Assembly: GCA_951406725.2 (NCBI GenBank)
Contig: OX597831.1
Location: 51,088,001-51,152,000 of the forward strand
DNA length: 64,000 nt
Direction: 5' to 3'
DNA from: Octopus vulgaris
Lineage: Eukaryota
Shown: one piece after another, positions 26,817 to 38,908 of the stretch
How positions within the stretch are numbered: position 1 is the stretch's first letter
How the letters are laid out: each line of letters starts with the position of its first letter
The notes under the pieces: generated by a model
What the model was told of the DNA's origin: nothing
The model's input: only the letters and a program-made list of their open reading frames with translations
Database searches by the model: none
Translations under genes and position numbers: made by a program

Positions 26817-27849
26817 CTATAAGTATAAAATAGTGAAGTGATTTAATAGATCAAAAGGATTATGAAGGACAAAACACAAAGAAGTTCAGAAACTTAGAAA
26901 GAAAGAGGGAAAAGTTATATTGTAAAGAAAGAGAAATGGCCCCAATTACCTGAATGAAACTGAATCAACATTTCTGTGCATTCTAAGATTAATGTGATGA
27001 TGATGATGACAGTGGGGGAAGGAAGTTGGGGAGGAGAAGACAGCAGAAGAATTGAAAGAAGAAAAGAAAGAAGAAAATCATTTTAAAATGTCTTTTGTTT
27101 TTAGACAATACAAATAATGGTCTTATCAGCATTTTCTGTTTCAAAGGTATACTTAGTAATAGTATTCCTCAAATGTTTTCTACTGTTCTTGGGGTATGTC
27201 TGTTTCATCTATCATTCAGACAAGGAGATGGAGACACAGAATTGTATTTATATCCATAAATGAAATTTTTTTGTGTGCCAGTGGATATGCTGGTCTTAAC
27301 AGAGGCATCAGGCTACAAATTTAAGAGGAGTGGTTAGTCAAAATGACTGACTTGTAATATTTGACCTGTACATTATCAGCTCTGAAATAATGAAAGAACA
27401 AGTCAACCTTTGGAAGAATAAGCAATGCAACCAATTTCTGCAAAGTATTTTGTCCAATGTCAATGCAATGACAAGGTTTTATTTGTCATCAAAGCAAAGA
27501 CAAATTACAAAAATGGTGGGATATTTTACAGAATGGATTATAAATAAACAAGTGCAGAAAATATAGTGTGCAAAAAGAATAAAATGAGTAGTGCTATTAG
27601 AAAAAAACACTTCAATCAAGGAACTCTACATAATTAGAATTACCTTGACTGTCAAGAATAAGTGTCCTTTCCTAGAAGTGTTCTCTGGTTTACAGGCTTA
27701 TGTTGAGAGTAGGACATTCAAACAGGCTGTTATCACCATACTCACATACCATTTAGTATATTTAATGGAGCGCCCATTCCCACATGGTGGGGGAACCAAC
27801 ACAATCACACACATATATATACATGTATGTAAATATATATATATACTCA

Positions 27850-27905
<56 letters not shown>

Positions 27906-28282
27906 TGTGTGTGTGTGTGTGTGATGGAATTGCACAGTTTCCATCTCCCAAATTCACTCAATATGTCAGCCAGGAGCTGTAGTAAAAGATACTAGGCCAC
28001 AATACTACACGCTGAGACTGAACCCAAAACTACATGCTTGCAAAGTGAGCTTCTTAACCACAGTGCCAAGATCATCATTAGTTTCTTCAGAGACTATACT
28101 TTTCAGAGAAAATTGGAAAGCTGAATAAACAGTAAGCTTTAGTCACAGTTTCTCCAACAAAATCTTTTTTCACCCAAGCTAAGCATGGAAAAATAAATGT
28201 AAATCAGATAAAAAAAAAAATAAAAAGCAAAAAAAAAAAAAACTGAAGATTTTCTTTTTGAATAAAATAGTTAAAGACTTAC

Positions 28283-28365
28283 CCACAAATATAAGCAAAT
28301 ATCTTCATTGTATCCAGTCGACGGCCACAAGATGAAATTTCTGTATAGCAATGCCGATAGACGAC
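28283..28365 (-). CDS. Exon of PTB/PID-domain protein, VVYRHCYTEISSCGRRLDTMKIFAYIC(G)
   Basis: Minus strand tatactatatttCAG|GTC GTC TAT...TGT GG|GTAAGT. 83 nt, phase 0 to 2, with IS.C and FAYI PTB motifs and retained CpGs. Confidence 0.92.
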
Positions 28366-28960
28366 CTGAAATATAGTATAATATAAACTCTTCAGCTTTT
28401 AATTTCAAATAAATATTGAGACATGGTTAGGTGGAAGTATGGCTGTACAGTTGAGAAACTTGCTTTCTAACCACATGGTTCTGAGTTCAGTCCCACTGCA
28501 TGATACCTTGGGCAAGTGTCTGAGTGACCAAGGCCTTGGGTGTTGATTTGAGACATGAAAACTAAAAGAAGCCTGTTGTGTGTGTGTGTGTGTTTGTGCA
28601 CGCGCACACACGCTTGTATTTATCCTTCCTATTATAGGCACAAGGACTGAAATTTTGGGGAAGGGAGTAAGTCGATAATACCAACCCCAGTACTCAGCTG
28701 GTACTTATTTTATTGGGGATGAAAGGCAAAGCCTCAGCAGAATTTGAACTCAGAACATGAAGACAGATGAAATACTGCTAGGCATTTTGCCCAGCACGCT
28801 AATGATTCTGCCAGGTCACCACCTTCTGGACCATTGATATATTACAAGGGAAATTGAAGATATTTTTGAAAATCAGGGTATTTAAAGAGTCATCAGACAC
28901 TTCAATCCCAACCCCACAGTCCCTTTGTCCCTAATGCTCATGTACTTTGTGTTAAAGCCC

Positions 28961-29026
<66 letters not shown>

Positions 29027-29185
29027 TAATAATAATAATTTATTTCTTTATTGCTCACAGGGGGCTAAACATAGAGGGGACAAACAAGGACAGACAAGGG
29101 GACTAAGTCGATTACATCGACCCCATTGATTAACTGGTACTTATTTAATCGACCCCGAAAGGATGAAAGGCAAAGTCAACTTCCA

Positions 29186-29500
29186 GTAGAACAAAAGGGA
29201 TGTTAAAAAGGATCCAAGGGCACCAAGGACCACTTTGTAATAGACTAGGTTGTAACGAAGAACTGCAAACAGTATCAAAACAACTTGTGAATTGCCTGGA
29301 TAGACTTTAAAAGGGCTTACAACATGTTGATGCATTCATAGATTCTGGAAACACTCGACATGTGTAAAGTAGCTGATGACATGTGGGCACTGATCAAGAA
29401 CAGCAAGTCTAATTGGAAAACACATCTTCTGTAACAACCAGCACTTAGCTGAGGTATCAATCAAAAGAAGTATCGTCCAGGGAGATACTTGTTCCCTCTT
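29186..29500 (+). mobile_element. R4/Dong-like reverse transcriptase fragment
   Basis: EQKGC*KGSKGTKDHFVID...IAWIDFKRAYN...IKRSIVQGD with stops. Confidence 0.85.
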
Positions 29501-29570
29501 AGTAACCTTTATTACCTGATCCAACAACTTGATACCTCTGTAATTATTTGTATCTAAAGCATCACCTTTT
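29501..29570 (-). mobile_element. RTE-like RT fragment
   Basis: Minus strand KGDALDTNNYRGIKLLDQVIKVT (KGD...NYRGI.LL motif). Confidence 0.75.
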
Positions 29571-30509
29571 ATATATATATATACATATATATATAATAAA
29601 AGAGAGAGAAATCGACTTCTTTCACTAAACAAATCATTTCTTTTTTGCAATTTTAACTACAACTGTTCCTTCCAGTAAAGGTAAGAAATTCTTCATATTT
29701 TCCATAATTGGTATTTTGACTTTTGTTCTAAGTAAAAAGAACTGTACAATTATTTTAATACATTTCTAATTAATGTAATATTAGTGTTAGTGATCTTCAC
29801 TTAAAAAAAAAAGACATTTATTTATATATCTGTTGCACTTTCAGAATAGCTGTCTTACATAAATTGGGATTTCTTAGGGGGGTTTTTTTCAGGATTTTTC
29901 CCCATTTTATAAGTATCCCGCATTTCAAAACACTAGCAGATATTAAAATAAAACATTTTAATATTTTTTCAAACGTCTGCCCATCCCCTCATTGTACCTT
30001 CAGAACAAAGGCACCATTATTTTTTCTCATTTTTATTGTTTTTTGTCAGGTTGTGGTATTCAACATTTTGAAACACTTGTAATCTGTATTTTTATAGAAA
30101 AATAATTTCGAAAGCTATCATGCATATTTTGTTTGGAGGATTTTAACCATGAAATTTAAAATGAAGAAGTAGCAATATAAAATATTTTCACTAAAAGTGC
30201 ATATTACAAGTGTTTCAAAAAGCAAAATACAATAACATTGTAGATATATTGTGCAACATGCTTAGAACAAATAAATCCAGCTAATAATTAGATGAATTCC
30301 CTTTACCAAGCAATAAAAGTTTGTTCTTTGCTTATGCTTGCTTCATCAGATACAAAAAGACAGATACAAAAGATGGGTCAGTAGTACATGTTTGAGCAGT
30401 AGATGGGACACTATTGATAGTAGGTTATTATCGTTACTGCAATCAGTTTATTGAAAGAGTTACACCTAGTGTGTTTGCATACCTTGCAAATAACCTAAGT
30501 GGTAGAATT

Positions 30510-30792
30510 TGTGGGATGACATCAGCAGCTGGGGAGCTGATGGGAACTTAGGGCTGACCGGAAGAGGAAGGGGCAGGAGTGACGTGCGCGCAGGCAGGGC
30601 AGCATTGGGTCTTTTCTATCGAGGTAACCGAGGGAGTCAGATGCGTGAGCACGTTGTTAAGGTAGGGGAAAAGCGGCTGCTATTTCTAGTGTTCGGGTCG
30701 GGCTGCGTTGAAGGGTGCGTTACCACTGAGAGGTCTCCGTCGAGCGAAGAGAAGGTAGGTGTCCTTATTTCAAATCTCTCGCATACACCACA
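30510..30792. mobile_element. Solo-LTR-like element, 283 bp
   Basis: GAATT|TGTGG...CCACA|GAATT: TG..CA ends, 5-bp terminal inverted repeat and 5-bp TSD. CpG-rich, and the hAT peptide resumes on both sides. Confidence 0.8.
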
Positions 30793-31051
30793 GAATTAAC
30801 AAATTGTTGAGCTCTATTGTCACAGAAGTAACTAAAATCAAAGTACATATTCTCAATTCCCTCCTAATTCAACAGCTCTGCACTGAGACAGATGAAGATT
30901 TTGAACATTTGTTGTTGCATGCAGAATTTCAATGGCTGTCGAAGGGAAAACTCCTGAAAGTTTCTTTCCTGCTTGTAAGAGTTGTCAAACTCTTGCAAGA
31001 CTCTAATTCTGTTCTTTGTGATTAATTAAGAAACATCAAGCATGACATTAC

Positions 31052-31469
31052 TCATCATCATCATCATTTAGCGTCTGCTTTCCATGCTAGCATGGGTTGG
31101 ACGGTTCAACTGGGGTCTGTGAAGCTGGAAGGCTTCGTCAGGCCCAGTCAGATCTGACAGTGTTTCTACGGCTGGATACCCTTCCTAACACCAACCACTC
31201 CGTGAGTGTAGTGGGTGCTTTTTACGTGCCACCCGCACAGGTGCCAGACAGAGCTGGCAAACGGCCACGAACGGATGGTGCTTTTACGTGTCACCGGCAC
31301 GGGGCCAGCCTCGCCTAGCAACGGACACAAACGGATGGTGCTTTTACGTGCCACCAACACGGGGGCCAGACAGAGCTGGCAAACAGCCACGAACGGATGG
31401 TGCTTTTACGTGTCACCGGCACGGGGGCCAGGCGAGGCTGGCAACGGACACGAACGGATGGTGCTTTTA
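31052..31469 (-). mobile_element. Family D element with about 4 internal 60-bp tandem units
   Basis: (CAT)n end, V-domain-like motif and repeated acggatggtgcttttacgtg. ttactcat occurs at both ends (likely TSD). Confidence 0.85.
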
Positions 31470-31736
31470 CTCATGTGGCAGGTATATTCACAAACATCAA
31501 TGAAGTTAAGTTGCAACTACAAGGAAATGAGGTGAAACTTTATCAAAGTAAAATTGGCTTTCTCCACAGCTCCATCCAAGGTACAATTTATTCAAATGTA
31601 ACATAAGCTGTTGTTACTTCTAGTTTCTGAGCCTCTCTGAATTGGAGAAGAAAAAATGTATACCAGAAGATGACATTAAGGTGTATTGCTCACAACTGGA
31701 TGAGCTGTACTAAGACATGTCTGACAGATTTGGGGA

Positions 31737-32148
31737 TACTCTTTACTCTTTTACTTGTTTCAGTCATTTGACTGTGGCCATGCTGGAGCACCGCCTTTAG
31801 TCGAGCAAATTGACCAGGACTTATTCTTTGTAAGCCTAATACTTATTCTATCGGTCTCTTTTGCCGAACTGCTAAGTTACAGAGACGAAAACACACCAGC
31901 ATCGGTTGTCAAGCGATATTGGGGTGACAAACACAGACATACAAACATATACACACACATACAAATATATATATACATATACGTGACGGGCTTCTTTCAG
32001 TTTCCGTCTACCAAATCCACTCACAAGGCTTTGGTCAGCTCAAGGCTATAGTAGAAGACACTTGCCCAAGGTGCCACGCAGTGGGACTGAACCCGGAACC
32101 ATGCGGTTCGTAAGCAAGCAACTTACCACACAGCCACTCCTACGCCTA
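31737..32148 (-). mobile_element. SINE family A, full length and CpG-rich (young)
   Basis: Complete reverse-complement copy inside the hAT fossil. Confidence 0.9.
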
Positions 32149-33253
32149 TTTATTTTCACTTAAAATACCGGTCTTGGGGATTCCTAGATATTGGTAATGA
32201 GGAAACATGAGGGGTGGAGGAAGAACTGGTTTAATTTTAAAATGATATGTGCAAAAAAATCATGTTAGGATTTTTGATTGCAAAAGGACAATTCTTATTG
32301 CTGCCCAGCACTGTGGAACAAAGTCAAGATTGCCTGCCTTCCCAATATCATATTTTGTAGAGCAGGGCTTCAGTGTAATTACCCAGCTTCTTCCTAAGCA
32401 AAGAAACAGTCTGAAAATTACTGAACTTGGGAATGTAAGACTACTTCTTAGTATCTTTCATCCTGATGCCAAGAAGCTGATATCCCTGCATAAAGTAGAC
32501 CCTTAATATTAAAAATATAAAAACAAGGTAATTATTGGTGAGATGTAAATTTAGTCTTTCATATTGTAGAAACAGCAAAATAATGGTTTAACTAGGTTTT
32601 ATTTGTGAAACACAATTATTTTGAATTTGCAGCAGAAAAAGATCTTTGTTTTTTGTGGGGTGGGGGGGACTAGGAATTTGGCCATGGCACCAAGGGGGCA
32701 GCAGTCCAAAAATGTCTGGGAATCACTGGTCTATTTCAAGAATTTTGTCAGGACCACCATCAAGACTCTAATTGGATTGCAATAAATCTCTTGTGCAGAT
32801 CTCCAGTAAATAATCTCTATAGTCTACTCCAATAGTGATACCAATCCCTAATTCCTCCTTACAAAACCTAGTAGCTGTCGATTCTTTCACCCACAGCAGT
32901 ATGAATAAACAATGATACACTAAAGTTGCCATGACAAACAGTTTTGATTTCAGCAGTGAGGACACTGACTTGAACTTCATTGGCTAAAAATACATAAATT
33001 CAAATGCTTCTAACTTCTTTATTATATTAAGCTTTCAAAAATAATAACTGAGATATTTGTCATCAGCTTGCAAAACTACATAAAATTAGATTTCTTGAAA
33101 ATTTTCAGATTAACATTTGTGGTTGGAAGAAAACAAAATAGACCTGAGTTTAGTAGAAATTTTAAACAACTCACACATCTACAAACACTCATATCTACAT
33201 ACATGTATTCACAACATAGATACATATTAACATACAGCACATATACATATGCG

Positions 33254-33560
33254 TGGAGGCGCAATGGCCCAGTGGTTAAAGCAGTGAACTCGCAGTCGGA
33301 GGATCGCGGTTTCGATTCCCAGACCAGGCATTGTGTGTGTTTATTGAGTGAAAACATCTAAAGCTCCACGAGGCTCCGACCAAGGGTGGTGGTGACCTCT
33401 GCTGTACTCTTTCGCCCCAACTTTCTCTCACTCTCTTCCTGTTTCTTGAGTAACGCTGTGATGGACTAGCATCCCATCCAGCTGGGGGGAAACATATACG
33501 CCACAGAAACCAGGAAACCAGGCCCATGAGCCTGGCTAGGCTTGAAAACGGTGCATAAAT
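33254..33560 (+). mobile_element. SINE family C, full length
   Basis: ggaggcgcaatggcccagtggtta...ggtttcgattccc A/B boxes. Reverse-complement match to 46927-47238. Confidence 0.9.
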
Positions 33561-33842
33561 AAAAATAACATATACATATGCACTGATATACACAAACAAA
33601 TTGAAGGCAGTGAGCTTGCAGTACTGTTAGCATGCTGGAGAAAATACTTAGCAGCATTTAGTCCATCTTTACATCCTCAGTTCAAATTCTGCCGAGGTCA
33701 ACTTTGCCCTTTATCCTTTCAGGGTCGATAAAACAAGTACCAGTTGAATACTGGGGTCAATATAATTGACTGTCTCCCTTCCCCCAAAATTGCTGCCAAA
33801 ATTTGAAACCACTATACCGATAAACAAAAACAAAACACGTTT

Positions 33843-34228
33843 AGGTGTAGGCGTGGCTGTGTGCTAAAAAGCTTGCTTCCAAACCACATGGTCGAGGGTT
33901 CAGCCCCACTGCATGACATCTTGGACAACTGTCTTCTACTATAGCCTCAGGCTGATTAAAGCCTTATCACTGGATTTGGTAGATGGAGACTGAAAGAAGC
34001 CCATCGTATGTGTGTGTGTGTCTTTGTGTTTGTACCCCCATCACCACTTGACACTCAATGTTGGTGTGTTTACATCTCCGTAATGTAATGGTTCAGCAAA
34101 AATGACCGACAGAATAAGTACTAGGCTTAAAAAATTAAATGCTGGGAGTCAACCTGTTCAACTAAATACCCTTTAAGACGGTGCCTCAGCATGGCCAAAG
34201 TCAAATGACTAAAACAAGTAAAAGAATA
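33843..34228 (+). mobile_element. SINE family A
   Basis: Head, core, microsatellite and aaacaagtaaaaga tail are all present. Confidence 0.85.
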
Positions 34229-34256
34229 CAAATTATATCAGACATACAACTTGCAA

Positions 34257-34588
34257 AGGCACATGGCTCAGTGGTTAGAGCATCAAGCTTACGATCGTGA
34301 GGTTATAAGTTCGAATCCTGGACCGGGCTGCATGTTGTGTTCTTGAGAAAGACACTTTATTTCACATTGCTCCAGTTCACTCAGCTGTTGAAATGAGTTG
34401 CGACATCACAGGTGCCAAGCTGTATCGGCTGTTGTCTTTCTCTTGGATAACACTGGTGGCGTGGAGAGGGGAGACCGGTATACATGGGTGATTGCTGGTC
34501 TTCCATAAACAACCTTACCCAGACTTGTGCCTGGGAGGGTAACTTTCTAGGTGCAATCCCATGGTCAGTCATGACCGAAGGGGGTCTC
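34257..34588 (+). mobile_element. SINE family E, full length
   Basis: tggctcagtggttagagc...agttcgaatcc A/B boxes. Body shared with the copies at 5785, 39143 and 62289. Confidence 0.9.
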
Positions 34589-34619
34589 AGCAACAACTTG
34601 CAAAACACGTTCAAATTTA

Positions 34620-35285
34620 AAACAGACATACACATCACAAGCACACAAATTACACACATACTACAACATGTCAATTGCACATATACACACACACACTGCA
34701 AACTACACACACAAACACATGCACACACAAACTACACAAACATAAAAACTCCACACACAAACACATCACCACTCGTACAACTACTGCTACTACAAATACA
34801 AAAACACACATCACAAATACACATACACCACAAACACAGACATTCGCAAAACACACACACCACAAATACAAAAACTGCACACACACACACACACAAACGC
34901 ACCCTCGTACCACTATTAATACAAAAACTTACACAAACACACACAAGCACACAAAAATTCCATACACATGCCACAAACACTAACAATGGATATAAACTCT
35001 GCACACACACACTCACACACACACACACACACACACAAAACTGCACACAAATATACAACATTACCCCTACAACTACAAAAACTACACACACACACACACA
35101 AACATGTACACGACACAACACACACCACAAATACATACATTCCACACACAACTACCACAAACACAAAAGCTACACACACATACAATCATACACAAACCAA
35201 CAGGCACAAACTCACACAAACACATCCACACACAGAAATACAAAACCTCCTCCTTGGATACAGACACACATTGATAAACAACACC
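34620..35285. repeat. Low-complexity A/C-rich degenerate (CA)n tract
   Basis: About 660 bp strongly depleted of G on the + strand. It generates spurious T/H-rich and C/V-rich ORFs. Confidence 0.9.
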
Positions 35286-35562
35286 AAGATAGATAAGTAG
35301 CCAAAAGGTCTGATTCTTTGTTTACAAACAGTAAAAATAACATTTAACCTTGAAACACCATAAAAAGAAAGAATATTCAACAAATCCAAAACGGAAGTTA
35401 AAATCCTTCAATTCCACAACATTCAACAACAGCTACGATTCCAACTATGAGCCAGTGAGGGAACATTGGTGGTTGGTGGTGGTCAACTGACGTGCATGAA
35501 ATAGCAGCCAAGTTTTCCTTCATTCACCCCGCCTCGCAGCTTTCTAAAAGGAAAATGCAGGA

Positions 35563-36454
35563 AAAGCTGCATGATGCTGTATGATGGGATGGTCATGGCT
35601 GGGACCAGTTTGATCAAAATGGTTTTCTCAATCAATGCTTTTGAGCATTGGGTAGCAAAATATTATGTGCTTTATGCTGCATTAAAAGATGCGTTGGTCA
35701 TGGCCAGAGCATTTTATGGTCAAAGGTCTTTGAAAATAAAAGTAAAGCTGCATGATGCTGTATGATGTGATGGTCATGGCTGGGACCATTTTGACCAAAA
35801 GGATTTTCTCAATCAATGCTTTTGAGCATTGGGTAGCAAAATATTAGATGCTTGATGCTGCATTAAAAGATGGGTTAGTCATGGCCAGAGCATTTTATGG
35901 TCAAAGGTCTTTGAAAATAAAAGTAAAGCTGCATGATGCTGTATGATGGGATGGTCATGGCTGGGACCATTTTGATCAAAATGGTTTTATCAATCAATGC
36001 TTTTGAGCATTGGGTAGCAAAATATTATATGCTTGATGCTGCATTAAAAGATGGGTTAGTCATGGCCAGAACACTTTATGGTCAAAGGTCATTGAAAATA
36101 AAAGTAAAGCTGCATGATGCTGTATGATGGGATGGTTATGGCTGGGACCATTTTGACCAAAATGATTTTCTCAATCAATGCTTTTGAGCATTGGGTAGCA
36201 AAATATTAGATGCTTGATGCTGCATTAAAAGATGGGTTAGTCATGGCCAGAACACTTTATGGTCAAAGGTCATTGAAAATAAAAGTAAAGCTGCATGATG
36301 CTGTATGATGGGATGGTCATGGCTGGGACCATTTTGATCAAAATGGTTTTATCAATCAATGCTTTTGAGCATTGGGTAGCAAAATATTATATGCTTGATG
36401 CTGCATTAAAAGATGGGTTGGTCATGGCCAGAACACTTTATGGTCAAAGGTCTT
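35563..36454. repeat. 181-bp tandem repeat, about 4.9 copies, alternating A-B-A-B-A variants
   Basis: aaagctgcatgatgctgtatgatg recurs every 181 bp. ORF starts recur every 362 bp (35571, 35933, 36295). Confidence 0.95.
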
Positions 36455-36694
36455 CTCAAACAATGCTTTACAGCACTGAATAGCAAAGTATTATATTCAT
36501 GATACTGTTCAAAAGATGAAATGGTCATAGTTGGAAAATGTTTGATATTTAGCTGCTATTTCTAGCAGGTCAAGTGACAATATACACTGTCTGATTATAC
36601 AAAACAACAGCAACAACAATAATAAATAAAAAAAGTGTAAATGAAAAAGCAAGTTTCATATAAACTTTATCAAAGTTGCGTAAAGAAGTGTTGA

Positions 36695-37098
36695 TCACTC
36701 AAAGTGGAAGGAAGTTGTGGAAGAAGGAGACTCAGGAAAAATGGCTGATCTCAAAATACTGAACCTTATGAAGGGGATGACAGAGGACTGAGATATGTGG
36801 TGCATAGCTGTACTCAAGAAGACCCACCCATCCCAGAGGAACTGAGATCCTAAAACCAAAGCATTGGTGTGGGTGATGGTGCCACATAAACAGCACTGGT
36901 GCTGGTACCATGTAAGAAGCACTGGCGCTGGTGCCACATAAAAAGCACCTACTACACTCTGTGGAGTAGTTGGCATTAGGAAGGGTATCCAACCTTAGAA
37001 ACCATGCCGAAACAGACTATGGAGCCTGGTGCAGACCCTGGCCTTGCCAGTTCCCATCAAACTGTCCAAACCATGCCGGTGTGGAAAACACACATTAA

Positions 37099-37155
<57 letters not shown>
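36695..37155 (+). mobile_element. RTE-like LINE 3' end with VNTR, V-domain-like motif and long (GAT)n tail
   Basis: VEGSCGRRRLRK..ADLKILNLMKGMTED*DMWCIAVLKKTHP, then gtgccacataaa repeats, tggcattaggaagggtatcc and (gat)n. Confidence 0.8.
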
Positions 37156-37559
37156 GCCCAAGCTAAAGAAACCAGGAGATGATTCTAATAGACAGGATTC
37201 CAACATTCAGTTGGAGGAAGGAAATAGGAAGCGATAAAAATGGAGAAAACAAGTATAAGATTACAATTTCCAAACACATTAGAGTGTATCCTAATTGTTG
37301 TTTTAATGTCCACTTTACCATGCTAGTAAGGGTTGGGTGGACTTTACTGAGGCAGATTTTCTATAGCTGGATGTCCTTCTCGTTGCCAACCTTCACCTGA
37401 GTCAAATCAAGGTAATATTTACCCATAACTGTGCATATTTTTCACATGACTGGAAAGGAATAATCTCATTGCATGACAATGATGCTCATTTACAATCATC
37501 ATATGACATCTAGAGAAGTGTACACACAAACACACAAACACACATACATATAATATATA

Positions 37560-37828
37560 TGTGGCCGATGCCAGCACCGCCTCGACTGGCTTCCGTGCCG
37601 GTGGCACATAAAATACACCAATCCGACCGTGGCCGTTGCCAGCCTCGCCTGGCACCTGTGCAGGTGGCACGTAAAAAGCACCCACTACACTCACGGAGTG
37701 TTTGGCGTTAGGAAGGGCATCCAGCTGTAGAAACATTGCCAGATAAGACTGGAGCCTGGTGCAGACTTCTGGCTTCCCAGATCCCCGGTCGAATGGAGAA
37801 CGGACGTTAAATGATGATGATGATGATA
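37560..37828 (+). mobile_element. Family D element
   Basis: CpG-rich copy containing ggcgttaggaagggcatccagctgtagaaac and ending gacgttaaatgatgat. Confidence 0.85.
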
Positions 37829-38023
37829 ATGGCTTCTCTTGTCATGAACAACAAATGAGGGTTCAGTAAAATAAAGCATTAACTATGTTCTATGGACACG
37901 ATAGTGTCTCTTGAGGCTTGCTGGTGCCTTGAAAACCTTAGCAAATGGAACAAGTTGAGGACTCAGTTTGCTTGAGAGCTTGTGGATCATTCACTGTGTT
38001 CTCTTGAGTGGATGGCATATATG

Positions 38024-38059
<36 letters not shown>

Positions 38060-38908
38060 GGGTTTCTTTCAGTTTCCGCCAATCAAATCCATTCGCAAGG
38101 CTCTGCTCAGATCAGAGTCATAGCAGAAAGCATCTTCCCTAGGCACAATGCTGTGGAACTGAACCCAAGACCAAATCATTGGGAAGCAAGTATCTTAACC
38201 ACACAGCCACACTTGTGCCTGTTTACAATATTTGCACCTACACTTTGTTTCAATCAATCTCAACACAGATGTCTTATTCTTGAATGGCATTTGGTTCTAG
38301 AATGGATTCAAACCAGATAATTTTATTTTAAATCAAGAATAGTAATTTCCTATACTTTTCCAACATTTGCTTAGAAAGAAAGGTTCTTAGTTCTTGATTT
38401 AGTTTGCTATTGTTATAATTTTATTTGCCACTGTTTGGGTCTTAATTTTTATACTGTCATGTTTTTTCTAAGGAGAAACATTGAATTCATTGAGAACTAT
38501 TTTACAGCAAGTCATGCAAATGTTTTATAGCTGCAACTAACAAAAATGGCAAATATGTTACTCTAAAGACTGGCAAAGGAGATACACTGAAAAAGTCACT
38601 CCACCTTGTTGGGGTTCATTCTTGCAGATGAAAATCCTGATCCAAACCAGTCTGAATAGGAAGATGATTCAAAGGCCCAGAACACCAATCATTTCCACTA
38701 CTATGCTGTATTTTCTAGCATGCAAGTTAAATTTTTTAGATCAAAATTTACAACCAAAAAAAGGTAGCTTTACTTATACACAAGGACAAGATTAAAGAAC
38801 CAAAAATTCCATATGAAATGTGGCATGATTTGGAAAGATAGTGACAACAATTGAATGTTTACATGACACGTTTACATTATATACTATGTTGACTTGTATG
38901 CTGGAAAA

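Larger units (their letters stand above)
30300..32728 (+). mobile_element. Decayed hAT (Charlie/Buster-like) transposon with three nested insertions; left boundary approximate
   Basis: LLLHAEFQWLSKG, NEVKLQLQG and FPISYFVEQGFS..KQRNSL (dimerisation domain). 3' TIR-like gggaatcactg ends at 32728. Confidence 0.85.

Noticed and set aside
31210-31470. Repeat-spacer pattern resembling CRISPR
   Set aside because: The apparent spacers are themselves alternating near-identical units within a dispersed retroposon; no cas genes are present.
33254-33330. tRNA gene
   Set aside because: A/B boxes are present, but the sequence runs into a SINE body seen at several loci; the same holds for other tRNA-like heads.
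34484-35300. 270-aa T/H-rich ORF and overlapping ORFs
   Set aside because: These are products of a G-poor CA-rich tract plus SINE sequence, open in several frames on both strands.
35563-36454. CRISPR-like array or repeated small genes
   Set aside because: Contiguous tandem units with no unique spacers, in a eukaryotic context; the ORFs simply recur with the repeat.
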